Shown piece after piece: positions 19,501 through 28,214 of a DNA stretch of 42,196 nt. Made by a program: the position numbers and the translations under genes. The number at the start of each line of letters is the position of its first letter. Position 1 is the stretch's first letter. The DNA comes from a virus (taxonomy: Duplodnaviria; Caudoviricetes): positions 1 through 42,196 of IMG/VR virus record IMGVR_UViG_3300022867_000025; one strand, given 5' to 3'. Below the pieces are notes generated by a model. It was not told the DNA's origin and did not search any database. It saw only the letters and a program-made list of their open reading frames with translations.

Positions 19501-20004
19501 GCGGGTGTCTGCTGCATTGTTAATAGCTGTCCGGGATGCTATCTGTTCCGAGGTTGGGCGAATATCCGCGCCCTGTTCCAAAATAGAATTAAGGTAGTCG
19601 TTTTGTTGGGCTGCACTAACCGCGCCTACCACGGGGTCTGGAAATAAAGATAGCGCACTACCAAGGTCAACTTCGGTGCCCCCAATAGAATCACTGTATA
19701 CCCCCGTATTTGAGCTTGGTCCTCCGGGAAGTCGGTCGGGTGGGAGAAAGTCTGAGTCGCCTTCTTGGTTAGCTAAATCCGAGGTAGCTTGCAGGGCTGC
19801 CAAAAAAGCATCTTGGTCTACCTGTGCTTGGGTTTTGTATGACCCATCAGGCTGTCGAACCATTGTGCCCGGGCTTAACCCACTGCTACCCCCTAGTGAG
19901 GGGTCAAAAGAAGTGTTAAATGCACCCAGGTCTAATGAGCCAAGGCCGCCACTTTGGCCCGTGACGGTTATTGATGTGGGCATTCTATTTGTTGTAGTAC
20001 CCAT
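16582..20004 (-). CDS. large acidic low-complexity virion-associated protein with conserved C-terminal 'D.VPA...LSDGEFVIPADVV' domain
   Basis: 1140 aa with multiple internal repeats. The C-terminal ~90 aa is a globular-looking block that follows FAQGG. Confidence 0.7.
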   Translation of the reverse strand: MGTTTNRMPTSITVTGQSGGLGSLDLGAFNTSFDPSLGGSSGLSPGTMVRQPDGSYKTQAQVDQDAFLAALQATSDLANQEGDSDFLPPDRLPGGPSSNTGVYSDSIGGTEVDLGSALSLFPDPVVGAVSAAQQNDYLNSILEQGADIRPTSEQIASRTAINNAADTRTLEETLADIQNNYNNSNFQDSFDLAGAIQQTQNRFAAEANQAANTPMTPEETEEYYNNLFDTLGFAPGTLGSTSVATPGTVPTTNILNSVQNTVSSGVNAVASKVGDAIDEVFRILRLPNPTKIIGGIQSGTVVWGQTGGSRVINTGTTGAGTQTGVTTGNAALDAILNKVTGVLSGRIAAEEVIDASTVREILTGAAAEELGVSTENIEKTIEGLQEVGSSVVSATTLNDADTVFGVDITGTETDSAEDIISGNVAPGVVGPNLTPDPIDQLLNATASTSDGDVAPGVVGPNLTPDSIDDTVVDDTVVDDSVVGDTVVGDTVVGDTVVDDTVVDDTVVDDTVVDDIVVGDTVVDDTVVGDTVVGDTVVGDTVVADGPSAPKSTGYDFDIPTDIRAQTYSVEDFMSPPPRGEAPPRGEGGGGGGGGGFGQPQSSPGKVRVTPGDLVDIDYLFDVGGDSIFAPELTEDEKDGLLRTYNRGGEVNNNSRNNRHSRGLASLPMQTFAPGGSVGLTGGQKIGSIIGALAGGIAGLSGGGGGNSGGNQGYQGGVPSYNLDRSLKADAFVGERPAGSAGRNYFNTPATGLYNPQMETVTNDEGVASQQQYFLGAEDNRARRAATQGRIDAYDAEVADITTGLTNQYNTNQAAIAAQATADAQAEATAQAQLQAAQAAENTRVANEQAAENTRVANEQAAEAARVKTQNQIASDAITSQSEAYKVSQALYQQYLQGLISAGEAADLIEGSAFSGIEADGDYTNAEVASASRLINANPNLVGEAASYFGISENEVNELVGYFNNNPNEFVEGGADPIEEFDHQGYAEARTSFVPSLRPNNSFTTNQDGNLEDAYGNVITTVDGVQTVTPAKTGQQLIDEYKAFMKQKGFAQGGIIGGQGYYLGGSTDGMADDVPATIDNKEPARLSDGEFVIPADVVSHLGNGNSDAGAENLYSMMDRLRKDRTGNPNQGREIDPRKYLG
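17421..17496. repeat. 33-nt tandem repeat x2+
   Basis: ctgctgcctgttcgtttgccaccctagtatttt; encodes AENTRVANEQA. Confidence 0.88.
18378..18602. repeat. 15-nt coding minisatellite x15
   Basis: caacaactgtgtca(c/t) units; encodes (D/G)DTVV pentapeptides. Confidence 0.95.
18601..18737. repeat. 50-nt direct repeat x2
   Basis: atctattg(a/g)gtctggggttaagtttggtccaacaacaccgggggccacat at 18601 and 18688; encodes VAPGVVGPNLTPD. Confidence 0.9.
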
Positions 20005-20429
20005 TACACAATCATCCAGTTAGTTCCGTTGCTCATAACTTTTATGCTCACATACTGCGAAAGGGCTTTGGTTGTTGCACCATCAATAGTTTCAGAACCA
20101 GCGCCATCTAGGGTTATAGAGCCTGCGCCGCTGTTTTTAACTTGAAATTCTTGCCCCGGTATGCCTACTGCACTAGGCAGTGTAACTGTAAAGCTACCGG
20201 TGCGATACTCAACTAAGTAGTTGGTTATTAATATTGTGTACGCTGTAGTTGCCAAGGTATAGGCTTTGACTGAAACAGTTGATTGGCCTAGCAAAGCAGC
20301 TACCGCAGCATCAACGCGGATAAAATACAACCGCAGTATGTTAGTTAAGGCCGCAAATTTACCGGGTTCATACTCTTGTGGAGGTGTTGGCAGTGCGGGT
20401 GCAACAACTTTCTTGTTTGTAATAGACAT
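20004..20429 (-). CDS. virion/tail-associated protein
   Basis: APALPTPP.EY...LRLYF N-terminus and TVTLPSA...VKN.G...ITL...ETIDG...SNGTNW tail-fibre-type beta domain. Confidence 0.65.
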   Translation of the reverse strand: MSITNKKVVAPALPTPPQEYEPGKFAALTNILRLYFIRVDAAVAALLGQSTVSVKAYTLATTAYTILITNYLVEYRTGSFTVTLPSAVGIPGQEFQVKNSGAGSITLDGAGSETIDGATTKALSQYVSIKVMSNGTNWMIV

Positions 20430-20431
20430 AC

Positions 20432-22279
20432 TTACCCCCTCCGGCCGTCAGGCCGCATGTCTAAACGTGGTAGGCCAAGCCGCCAAGCCACACCCAGTTC
20501 AGTAGACTCTAGCTTAAAGGCCATCTGCCTACCCCGTACTCGGATAAAAACCTGCCCCGTAAATTCTTCTATAGGCGCGGTTGCAGTGCGCGTCACGGTT
20601 ACGTTGTCTACCCCACCTTGAGACGTAGGAGTATTGTAGCCCGAGCCTGAGTTCTCCATAGGCAGTAGCGTCATTACACACGCAGGGTTTTCCGCAGTTG
20701 AGTCTATGAACGTCACATCGGGCAGTACGCGCCTAACAAACATAAACTTATCCCCGTCATCTAAGTCAAACTCAGAGGAAAGTATGGTGGCTGTAATGGG
20801 TTCTATAGTGGCAGTTTCTTGAGAATCATACCCTACTTCATGCTGCACTAAGTTGTTGTAGTACGTAGCGGCGGTAGGCTGCTCTCTTAAATCTGCATCC
20901 ATCCAAGCTGTGCGTGCCATCGTGCCGTAGTACCATATTTCTTGCACGTAATTGTATATCACATACCGGTCTATCGTAGTTGACCCCGCAGAGCAATAGA
21001 ACCACCAAACCTCGTCGAACCGCTCGTTAGTACCCGCTACCACTTGTGAGTACTGCGCTTTGTTAAAGTCATTAAATATGTACCCGCGTAGGCTACAAGG
21101 GAGGGTATTAACCGTACCCTCGTAGTAGTAGAACTTGTCAGAACCCATCCAGTAGGCTGCGTTACCCGAATAAACTGCCGCGTTGGGGCTGGCTATGGTT
21201 ATGTTATCTCCCAACAATTGGGCACCAAACACTTCGGGGGCTCCTAGGTACTGTAGGCCGTAAAGTGCAGTATCAGTCCAGATCAAAATCTCCTGACGCG
21301 CTTGCAAGGCCTTAACAATCTCGGTACCACTAGAGAATCGCAAGCTACCTGCTTGGTTAGTAGCTTCGGGAGTCCAATTAGCCACATCTTCTTGAGCAGA
21401 CCAACGGATTAGCATGGGGTCTAAAACTGTGGAACCTAGGGGGGTAGTACCAAAGCATAGTGCGAAGCGAAAAATGTCGGACACCAACACAGAATTGACG
21501 ATAGTGGGCACATCAGAGGCCCCTGCTAAAGACGACACGTACACCCCCCGTGTAGATACCGAGTTAGTTGCATCCCAGTACATTAGCTGCCCCCCACGAT
21601 GGGCAAATAATAAATCTTCACCAAAGTTAGCCTGACTCCACAAACGTATGGGTGAGAACGTAGTGCCTCCAACGCCCCAACCTCCTAAGCCCCAAGTACC
21701 TGCACTAAAGCCTGTATAGGGTACTGCTATTTCGGAGCCTGTGTTTATTTGGTATGCCGCAGTAACGGTGTCTCCGCCCGTTGCTCCCGAGGAAGCTGTG
21801 GTCTCGGCTGTTATGCTATATGCGTCTTCGGTTATAAAAGAAATTGCGTACTCATTGTTTAGAGTAAGCCCACCAACCGCAGAAGCCCCATTAAAAGTAA
21901 CGTAATCACCTTCAATTGCCCCGTGAGATGTATCTGTAACCCCCACAACCGCGGAGCCCAACGTAGTAGTAAAGGGGTTAGTTAGGGTAGCAGTCGAGCG
22001 GATAGGCGTAATATCATAATAGGCTCCGCCGCGTTCTATGTAGTACTTTAAGTTGGTGCCCACGCTGACAAGGTTCTGGCTGCCAAGGGTAACCCAGTTG
22101 TGCATAGAGCGGCATACGCCAAGAAAGGTAGAGCTAGAAAGCCTTACCCACCCCCCTATCTTTTGGGGAAACCCCCGTCTAAAACGCACCTTATCAGTCT
22201 CATACCAACTACCTTCAGCAGCATAGCGGGTGCTTTCCCGGTCTACACCGGGTTTTATCTGTAGTTTTTGTAGTGGCAT
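20432..22279 (-). CDS. tail tubular / nozzle (packaged-DNA stabilisation-like) protein
   Basis: 615 aa, beta-rich. MPLQKLQIKPG...KVRFR.G.PQKIGGW N-terminus, IRWS, ends DMRPDGRR; sits before the internal virion genes. Confidence 0.7.
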   Translation of the reverse strand: MPLQKLQIKPGVDRESTRYAAEGSWYETDKVRFRRGFPQKIGGWVRLSSSTFLGVCRSMHNWVTLGSQNLVSVGTNLKYYIERGGAYYDITPIRSTATLTNPFTTTLGSAVVGVTDTSHGAIEGDYVTFNGASAVGGLTLNNEYAISFITEDAYSITAETTASSGATGGDTVTAAYQINTGSEIAVPYTGFSAGTWGLGGWGVGGTTFSPIRLWSQANFGEDLLFAHRGGQLMYWDATNSVSTRGVYVSSLAGASDVPTIVNSVLVSDIFRFALCFGTTPLGSTVLDPMLIRWSAQEDVANWTPEATNQAGSLRFSSGTEIVKALQARQEILIWTDTALYGLQYLGAPEVFGAQLLGDNITIASPNAAVYSGNAAYWMGSDKFYYYEGTVNTLPCSLRGYIFNDFNKAQYSQVVAGTNERFDEVWWFYCSAGSTTIDRYVIYNYVQEIWYYGTMARTAWMDADLREQPTAATYYNNLVQHEVGYDSQETATIEPITATILSSEFDLDDGDKFMFVRRVLPDVTFIDSTAENPACVMTLLPMENSGSGYNTPTSQGGVDNVTVTRTATAPIEEFTGQVFIRVRGRQMAFKLESTELGVAWRLGLPRLDMRPDGRRG

Positions 22280-22282
22280 AAC

Positions 22283-22633
22283 TTAATAGGTCCATAGTAC
22301 GGGGGTGGTTTCCCGAATGTCTACGTGAACAAAAGTCTTAGCTACTCCTATGCCTGTAAAACCCAGCAGGAGTGCATTTTGGACAATCATATATCTGTCT
22401 GCGCCGTTAGTAATACGTATGTCGGCTGCGATGCCTTGAGTGTGTGTACCGCCTTTGGCTTTGCGGCATTCATTAGGGTGGCTTGTATCTCGGTACCCAC
22501 TAGTAATACTAAAGGCAAAACCGCAAGCGGCCCGAAGTCTGTCAAGCCGCTCCAAGAACTCAGGGGCCATGCCGTTAAGCCCCGTATGCTTACAGTCAAA
22601 CTCAGACCGCTTAAAGTACGTTAGGGTGAGCAT
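22283..22633 (-). CDS. endolysin, peptidase M15A family
   Basis: YF..SEF.C, LD.LR, ITSGYR, H..G.AADI, FVHVD zinc-peptidase motifs. Confidence 0.88.
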   Translation of the reverse strand: MLTLTYFKRSEFDCKHTGLNGMAPEFLERLDRLRAACGFAFSITSGYRDTSHPNECRKAKGGTHTQGIAADIRITNGADRYMIVQNALLLGFTGIGVAKTFVHVDIRETTPVLWTY

Positions 22634-22863
22634 CAGTCACACAACTCAGCAAGGGTCTTCCAGTCTTCCGCAGTCCAGCTTGAAGTGTCTACAGTAGAGG
22701 GAACCTCCACAGTGATGCCCGCTATGTTACCCCCAAATAGGCCGCTGGTAGCAGATGTGCTACCTTTAACGCAGGCCATTGCGTTCTCGCCCGCTTCAAT
22801 TTGCAGACTATTAAGCTGACTACACGCTGGTACTAGCAATGCTAGTAAAATTAATGCTCTCAT
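22633..22863 (-). CDS. lipoprotein (possible o-spanin-like)
   Basis: Signal peptide MRALILLALLVPA-C with a lipobox-like Cys; next to the endolysin. Confidence 0.6.
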   Translation of the reverse strand: MRALILLALLVPACSQLNSLQIEAGENAMACVKGSTSATSGLFGGNIAGITVEVPSTVDTSSWTAEDWKTLAELCD

Positions 22864-23228
22864 GTGAACAACCCCTTAAACCATTGGAATGTACGTACTG
22901 GGTAGTATAGCGCAGCGGAGCGCATCCTACCTAGCCCAACAACACCTAATGCTTCCCTAAACACTTGATCTGCTTGCTTTTGGTGCTTAACAATGCCCTT
23001 GCCGTGGGTGCATAAGTAGTCATGGACCACCGCTGCTCTCCGGTTACGTGCATTTGCTACGGGCACTATAAAACGGAATAGTCTAGGCACTGAGGCCAGA
23101 TCGGTAATATACCCCTCTGGTACCTCAACAATTCGGCCTAGTATATCACTATGGTATACGAGCCCTTGACGCAAGAGCCACCCGCCATCAACGGCCTCAG
23201 CTATAAAATTGGATGAGAAATGACTCAT
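22860..23228 (-). CDS. DUF1353-family protein
   Basis: VP.GY.TDLASVPR...AAVVHDYL...AD..F signature. Confidence 0.85.
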   Translation of the reverse strand: MSHFSSNFIAEAVDGGWLLRQGLVYHSDILGRIVEVPEGYITDLASVPRLFRFIVPVANARNRRAAVVHDYLCTHGKGIVKHQKQADQVFREALGVVGLGRMRSAALYYPVRTFQWFKGLFT

Positions 23229-23235
23229 ATACCCC

Positions 23236-23481
23236 CTATACTTTACCTGTTATTTTCAAGTAAGTACCCGCCATCAAAGCGCCAAGGAACAGATATGTCA
23301 GTGTCTGCACAATCGCCTTCCCTGCTGTACGTTTAGCCATGCGCCATGCGTCAAGGACCGACCGAAGCTCCCTCAAGTCTGTGTTGGCATCTACATCTGA
23401 CAGGCCAATATCATGCAGAGCCTTTTTAGCACCTGCCGCCGCCGCCTTCTCTATTAACTGCTCTATCTGTGCTTCGGTCAT
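23236..23481 (-). CDS. holin-like / DUF6127-like membrane protein
   Basis: AA..GAK.AL..IGL.D..A..D..ELR..LDAWR followed by one C-terminal TM helix; in the lysis cluster. Confidence 0.6.
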   Translation of the reverse strand: MTEAQIEQLIEKAAAAGAKKALHDIGLSDVDANTDLRELRSVLDAWRMAKRTAGKAIVQTLTYLFLGALMAGTYLKITGKV

Positions 23482-23496
23482 GGTGCTGCTCCATTA

Positions 23497-23526
23497 CTAC
23501 GGGCTAGTGGGCCAGTCGTCTGACAA
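23497..23526 (-). pseudogene. relic 3' end of a tail-fibre assembly chaperone gene (LSDDWPTSP*)
   Basis: TTG TCA GAC GAC TGG CCC ACT AGC CCG TAG is preceded in-frame by TAG. 'WPxxP*' is the typical terminus of phage tail assembly chaperones. Confidence 0.5.
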
Positions 23527-23590
23527 CTACGCCAAATTTACTCTCTGTAAGGTGGGTCAATAATTTCACCAAGTAATCAGTTAAATAGCA

Positions 23591-24133
23591 TTATGGCAAG
23601 AAGAACGACTTTCTGAAGGGAACCCAAATACCATAAATGCTAAGGAAATTATCATGGGTGATAACCAAGCTATTCCCGTTAGCAAACTCAAACTTCGTAG
23701 ACTCAAACTTATCTCCCGCGGAAGCAGTCATTGAGTAGTCCAAGCCTATTGCGGTCAAACCCATCTGGTCCTCTTTAGTAGCAGAGCACATGACACCAAG
23801 TATCTCTATGCCTGTTATTTTGGAGTCTTTTGCAGCTTTTGCTGAAGCCGCTGCCTGAGCCTCTGCCAAAACATCTCCATCCAGATCAGTTACTACCCAG
23901 TTTTGAGTCCAAACGTCAGAAACCAATAATGGCTCCACCTCTCCCCTAGCCTGAGAAGCTGGGTTAAAAGCAGGGGGTGTAACTAACTGTAATTGAAAAA
24001 CGCCAAACTGCTTGCGCTCATCTTCAGACAGCTTTCTAACTGAAGTTTTGTGCGTATCGTCCCAGCGAATGTTTTCGAACTCATTAAGTATATGCCGAAC
24101 AAAAGCACCTTTACTTGTCTGCACGTATCTCAT
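23591..24133 (-). CDS. tail fibre assembly/chaperone-like protein
   Basis: P.FNP..Q...EP......WTQNW.V.DL N-terminal block typical of tail-fibre accessory proteins; downstream of the fibre genes. Confidence 0.55.
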   Translation of the reverse strand: MRYVQTSKGAFVRHILNEFENIRWDDTHKTSVRKLSEDERKQFGVFQLQLVTPPAFNPASQARGEVEPLLVSDVWTQNWVVTDLDGDVLAEAQAAASAKAAKDSKITGIEILGVMCSATKEDQMGLTAIGLDYSMTASAGDKFESTKFEFANGNSLVITHDNFLSIYGIWVPFRKSFFLP

Positions 24134-24422
24134 CTTCTTTCCTCTTTTTAGTGGTTCTAATGACTGCCGCTTCGTGTTCTGACTGGTCAGTTATTTGAGC
24201 TTCTAGGGCTTTGTAGGTGTTTTCCACTGCCACCATCTGTGCGCGTGTAGACTCAAGCCTTTCTTGAATATCCTTAGTGTTGGCCCCTGTGGGCGCGTTA
24301 TCAATCAGATGCTCAAAGTTCTTAGCGTCAAAATCGTAGTGGAAGTATTCCACCTCTCTTGCGTACATGGCACTGGCTATCGTGTCTGCTTTGTAGGTGC
24401 TTGGTAGTTGTTTATGCTTCAT
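24111..24422 (-). CDS. hypothetical protein (tail accessory module)
   Basis: 103 aa, RBS AAGGA, overlaps the next gene. Confidence 0.7.
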   Translation of the reverse strand: MKHKQLPSTYKADTIASAMYAREVEYFHYDFDAKNFEHLIDNAPTGANTKDIQERLESTRAQMVAVENTYKALEAQITDQSEHEAAVIRTTKKRKEDEIRADK

Positions 24423-24432
24423 ATTTTATTCC

Positions 24433-25485
24433 TTATAGTGCGGTGAATGCTACACCTTGGCAAGTTCCGGTGGGTAAAGTGCTAGGGTTAGCGAATTTAA
24501 CCCCGAATCCAGAAGCACTCCAAGGGTAAGCTGCGAGATAAGGGCTGGACTGGTGGCCTACTAGTATTGCAGCTCCAGCGGGGTCGAAGGCAATGCTCGC
24601 TCCAATTCCTGCTGGCAATGTACTAGGATTAGAAAACTTAGTCCCAAACCCTGAAGCACTCCAAGGATAAGCTGAAACATAAGGGTAAGCTGCGTGAGCT
24701 ATACCTATCTCAGTTCCTGCTGGGCTGAAGGCAACGCCGTTGCCATCGCCTGTAGGTAAAGTGCTGGGGTTAGAAAACTTAGTCCCAAATCCCGATGCAC
24801 TCCAAGGGTAAGCCGAGACAAACGGGGTTAAGTTGTGACCTATAGCTATCTCAGTTCCAGTGGGGCTAAAGGCAACGCCGTCGCCAGTAAATGTTGGTAA
24901 AGTGCCAGGGTTAGCGAATTTAGCCCCGAATCCAGAAGCACTCCAAGAATAAGCTGAAACGTAAGGGCTTGTGGTGTGGCCTATAGCTATCTCAGTTCCT
25001 GCTGGGCTGAATGCTACGCCGTTGCCAGTTCCGGTGGGTAATGTACTAGGATTAGAAAACTTAGTCCCAAACCCTGACGCGCTCCAAGGGTAAGCTGCGA
25101 GATAAGGGCTTGAGTTGTGAGCTATACCTATCCCAGTTCCGGCGGGGCTGAAGGCAACGGCGTTGCCATTGCCTGTAGGTAAAGTGCCGGGATTAGAAAA
25201 CTTAGTCCCAAACCCTGACTCGCTCCAAGGGTAAGCTGAAACATAAGGGCTTGAGGTGTGGCCTACTGCTATCTCAGTTCCAGCGGGGCTGAAGGCAACA
25301 TCGTTGCCAGTTGCGGTGGGTAATGTACTAGGATTAGAAAACTTAGTCCCAAACCCTGACGCGCTCCAAGGGTAAGCTGAAACGTTAGGGCTTGTAAAGT
25401 GAGCGGTTGCTACGAAGAATGGTCCACTCGGAACAGTGACAAACCCCCGCTGGTTCTGAAAAACTGCTAGTAGTGCACCACTCAC
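24433..25485 (-). CDS. 7-bladed beta-propeller protein (WD40-like), probable receptor-binding/tail accessory
   Basis: Seven 47-aa repeats (AYPWSASGFGTKFSNPSTLPT.TG..VAFSPAGTEIA.GH). Likely start is GTG at 25485, overlapping the fibre stop (GTGA), rather than 25512. Confidence 0.8.
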   Translation of the reverse strand: MSGALLAVFQNQRGFVTVPSGPFFVATAHFTSPNVSAYPWSASGFGTKFSNPSTLPTATGNDVAFSPAGTEIAVGHTSSPYVSAYPWSESGFGTKFSNPGTLPTGNGNAVAFSPAGTGIGIAHNSSPYLAAYPWSASGFGTKFSNPSTLPTGTGNGVAFSPAGTEIAIGHTTSPYVSAYSWSASGFGAKFANPGTLPTFTGDGVAFSPTGTEIAIGHNLTPFVSAYPWSASGFGTKFSNPSTLPTGDGNGVAFSPAGTEIGIAHAAYPYVSAYPWSASGFGTKFSNPSTLPAGIGASIAFDPAGAAILVGHQSSPYLAAYPWSASGFGVKFANPSTLPTGTCQGVAFTAL

Positions 25486-26825
25486 GTTAAGGCGCTCCCG
25501 CTGATGAGCCACAGTGCGGACTCAATCTTTAGCGCAGTCGCAGAACCATATTGCGCCAAGCTCCGTGTTCCAGTAGTTCCGTCTTTCGCCAACCGCATTA
25601 CGTCTGTTGTTATTGCAATAGACACTACCTGACTTGTCATGTTGACAAAAGTAAGCGCGGTTCCGATGGGGTAAGCCACGGAGGCGTTTGCGGGGATGGT
25701 GTATGTTCGGGTACTGGCATCACTAGATGGGTGGAAGATATGCCTTCCGTTGTCTGTAAGCACTAATGTGTAGTTGGCAGACTGTCTGTTTTGGGGGATA
25801 TTACGGAAGCCAACCGCGTCTGTGCCATCAACCGTGCATCCTGACAACGTGCCAGAAGCGGGTGTACCAAGAACCGGTGTCACAAACGTAGGTGAGGTAT
25901 TAGTCGCGTAGGTAGAACCTGTTCCGGTCTTAGTTACTGTGTCCGTAGCAAGTCCAGCGGTTAAAGAGGCCGCTGTTCCTGAAACGTTAGTCATTACCCC
26001 AGAAGCGGGGGTTCCTAAGACTGGAGTAACAAATGTCGGGCTAGTAGCGAATACCAAAGCACCTGTACCCGTCTCGTCCGTTACTGCCGTTATAAGGTTT
26101 GCACTAGACGGAGTACCAAGGAAGCCCGCAACACCCGCCCCAAGGGACGTAATGCCAGTACCACCGTTAGCGACAGGTAGTGTGCCTGTGACATTGGTAG
26201 TCAGGTTAGCAAAGGTAGTAGCGGTAGTACCCGTACCCCCGTTAGCGGTAGGCAGGGTGCCTGTAACCTGTGAGGTAAGGTCCACATCCGACAAAGACCC
26301 GCCAAGCGTGAAAGTGCCGGAGCTGGTAACTGGGCCTCCTGTAAGCGTAATTCCATTAACCGTTCCAGTTACTGCTACAGAGGTAACACTGCCGCCTATT
26401 TCAGTAGGGTTAGCATTAAGTACCGCAGCGCCTGCGCCAGCACCGTCGGTAACCACCATCAGCTTACTGCCACTAGGGACATCTACTGTAGCGCCTGAAC
26501 CTTGCTTGATCGTGAGGGTCTGGCTGCCCGTTGTAGCGTTCTCAATCATCCACACCTTGGATATGGTGTTGGGGCCGAGTGTAATCGTGCGTGTAGCGGT
26601 TAGCGATACACCTGAGGTAAACTTTAGGTAGAAACCGCGAGTAGCGTCAGCCGTAGCATCAGGCATTGTGAAGGTTTCATCAGCGTCAGCCGCCATATCC
26701 TTTGTGCCGTAGCTAAAACCGTCGGTAACAAGCTCAAGGTTGGTGTTAGTGCTAGTGCCCCAAGTACCGTCCTCATCACCTGTGGTGATTTCTTTAAGTC
26801 GTAAGTTGTTATTAAAAGTAGGCAT
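25482..26825 (-). CDS. tail fibre protein
   Basis: N-terminal LRL.EITTG...GTWG..TNTNL virion-anchor block, VTGTLP.ANGGTG and TFVTPVLGTPASG repeats, C-terminal YTLVLTD...IPANASVAYPIGT...W.ISG. Confidence 0.85.
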   Translation of the reverse strand: MPTFNNNLRLKEITTGDEDGTWGTSTNTNLELVTDGFSYGTKDMAADADETFTMPDATADATRGFYLKFTSGVSLTATRTITLGPNTISKVWMIENATTGSQTLTIKQGSGATVDVPSGSKLMVVTDGAGAGAAVLNANPTEIGGSVTSVAVTGTVNGITLTGGPVTSSGTFTLGGSLSDVDLTSQVTGTLPTANGGTGTTATTFANLTTNVTGTLPVANGGTGITSLGAGVAGFLGTPSSANLITAVTDETGTGALVFATSPTFVTPVLGTPASGVMTNVSGTAASLTAGLATDTVTKTGTGSTYATNTSPTFVTPVLGTPASGTLSGCTVDGTDAVGFRNIPQNRQSANYTLVLTDNGRHIFHPSSDASTRTYTIPANASVAYPIGTALTFVNMTSQVVSIAITTDVMRLAKDGTTGTRSLAQYGSATALKIESALWLISGSALT

Positions 26826-26841
26826 TTGGTTTCTCCGGTAC

Positions 26842-27057
26842 TTATGTTAGGGTACTGCCAGAGGCAGAGGGAACGCTTGTTGCGTAAATCTTTGTACTTT
26901 GCCGCAAAGTAAGGGTTCCCCCACAGTCCCCACAAGTATCGGCATTTAGCTCTTCCTTGTCAAGATCATAGCCGCACGCCCCGCAAACTACTTGAACCTC
27001 ATGTTTGGGGTCGATTGCGCCATTTGCTATTTTAGTTGCTTCGTTAAATATAATCAT
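26842..27057 (-). CDS. small zinc-ribbon protein
   Basis: CGACG...CGDCG; coupled by ATGA. Confidence 0.65.
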   Translation of the reverse strand: MIIFNEATKIANGAIDPKHEVQVVCGACGYDLDKEELNADTCGDCGGTLTLRQSTKIYATSVPSASGSTLT

Positions 27058-27737
27058 GCTGCTACATCAATCCAATTAGGGTTGCCACCCGGAACAATCT
27101 CGCTCCAGACTAGTACATTTCCTACTCCGCCAGTGGCACTTACCCCTGTTATATAAACATTAGCCAGTGCTGTTTGTGTTGTTTCACCTAGTGCTGTAGT
27201 GCCCTGTACCCCAGTTACGTCTACATTCTGCTGTAGTAGGACTGTTACATTGCCGAGGGAAGAGTTTGTTTGTACGCCAACCTCGGTAACAGTGGCATCC
27301 CCTGTTACCCCGATTATACCCAGTGCTGAGTTGGTTTGGAGTCCTACAAGCACAACTCCAGTAGTTTCTACAACTCGGGCTTCGCCTGTTTGCCCTAGGG
27401 CTTGGACCCCAGTTGGGTTGACCGTAGCGGAAGCCTGTATCGTGGCTGTACCCACATATCCGTCAGAGGCGTTACCCAGTACACTAACTGCACCCGCTTC
27501 GCCCGTAACCGCTACGTTACCTAGAGCAAAAGTAGACTGAACCCCCGTAAGGACAACAACTGCACCCGCCGCTACCTGAACTGAGCCTACTACGCCTGTA
27601 GTAGCAAGACCTAAGCCTCCGCCCCACGCACCTTGGCCCCACGAACCACGCCCCCATACGCCTAAGCGAACAGTTGCATCAACGCCTTCTCCCCAAGAGC
27701 CTGAACTCCAAGTATTTCGACCCCAGCCGTCAGTCAT
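27054..27737 (-). CDS. Gly/Val/Thr-rich structural protein
   Basis: GWGR..W..G.WG repeats then V..TGV.....G.V beta repeats. Confidence 0.65.
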   Translation of the reverse strand: MTDGWGRNTWSSGSWGEGVDATVRLGVWGRGSWGQGAWGGGLGLATTGVVGSVQVAAGAVVVLTGVQSTFALGNVAVTGEAGAVSVLGNASDGYVGTATIQASATVNPTGVQALGQTGEARVVETTGVVLVGLQTNSALGIIGVTGDATVTEVGVQTNSSLGNVTVLLQQNVDVTGVQGTTALGETTQTALANVYITGVSATGGVGNVLVWSEIVPGGNPNWIDVAA

Positions 27738-27740
27738 CTA

Positions 27741-28175
27741 TTAAGCTAGACGGATGATTGCATTACTAGAATCTGCCGCTGGGAAGACAATGGTAAAGTC
27801 ACCCGCAGTTGATGTTTTATCTGCACCAAAATCAAGTACTGCTACAGCAGGGTTAGTGCCGCCGTTTGCTAAGTAGATCAAAGCGCCACGAGCAGTAATA
27901 GTCGCATCCGCCCAAGTAGTATCCGCGAAATCCAAAAACGCGGTTGTGCCTGTAGACGCTGGATTAGTGGATATAGTTAGCGTATTACCCGCAGCAACGT
28001 AGTTAGTACCTGTGACTTCGTTAGTTGTTGCATACGCAGTAGTCGTTGCCCCTAGGGTTGCGCTAGATGTATACAGTGCAATCTTAAACGTCTGTGCTGT
28101 ACCTGCGCTAAAGTCAAAGTCGCCACCAAGAAGCTCTACTTTGAAGGACGTTGCCATTGCTTGTGATATCGCCAT
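27741..28175 (-). CDS. conserved virion structural protein
   Basis: MAISQAM.TSFK.ELL.G...FKIALYT...VLDFG.DK.ST.GDFTI.FP, a common phage structural family. Confidence 0.75.
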   Translation of the reverse strand: MAISQAMATSFKVELLGGDFDFSAGTAQTFKIALYTSSATLGATTTAYATTNEVTGTNYVAAGNTLTISTNPASTGTTAFLDFADTTWADATITARGALIYLANGGTNPAVAVLDFGADKTSTAGDFTIVFPAADSSNAIIRLA

Positions 28176-28214
28176 TTTTCTTTCCTCTAAGGCATAACGC
28201 CCAATTTAATTTGG

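Noticed and set aside
24433-25485. Diversity-generating retroelement (TR/VR) in the tail accessory gene
   Set aside because: No reverse transcriptase in the window. The repeats are seven coding blades, and the differences are not adenine-specific.
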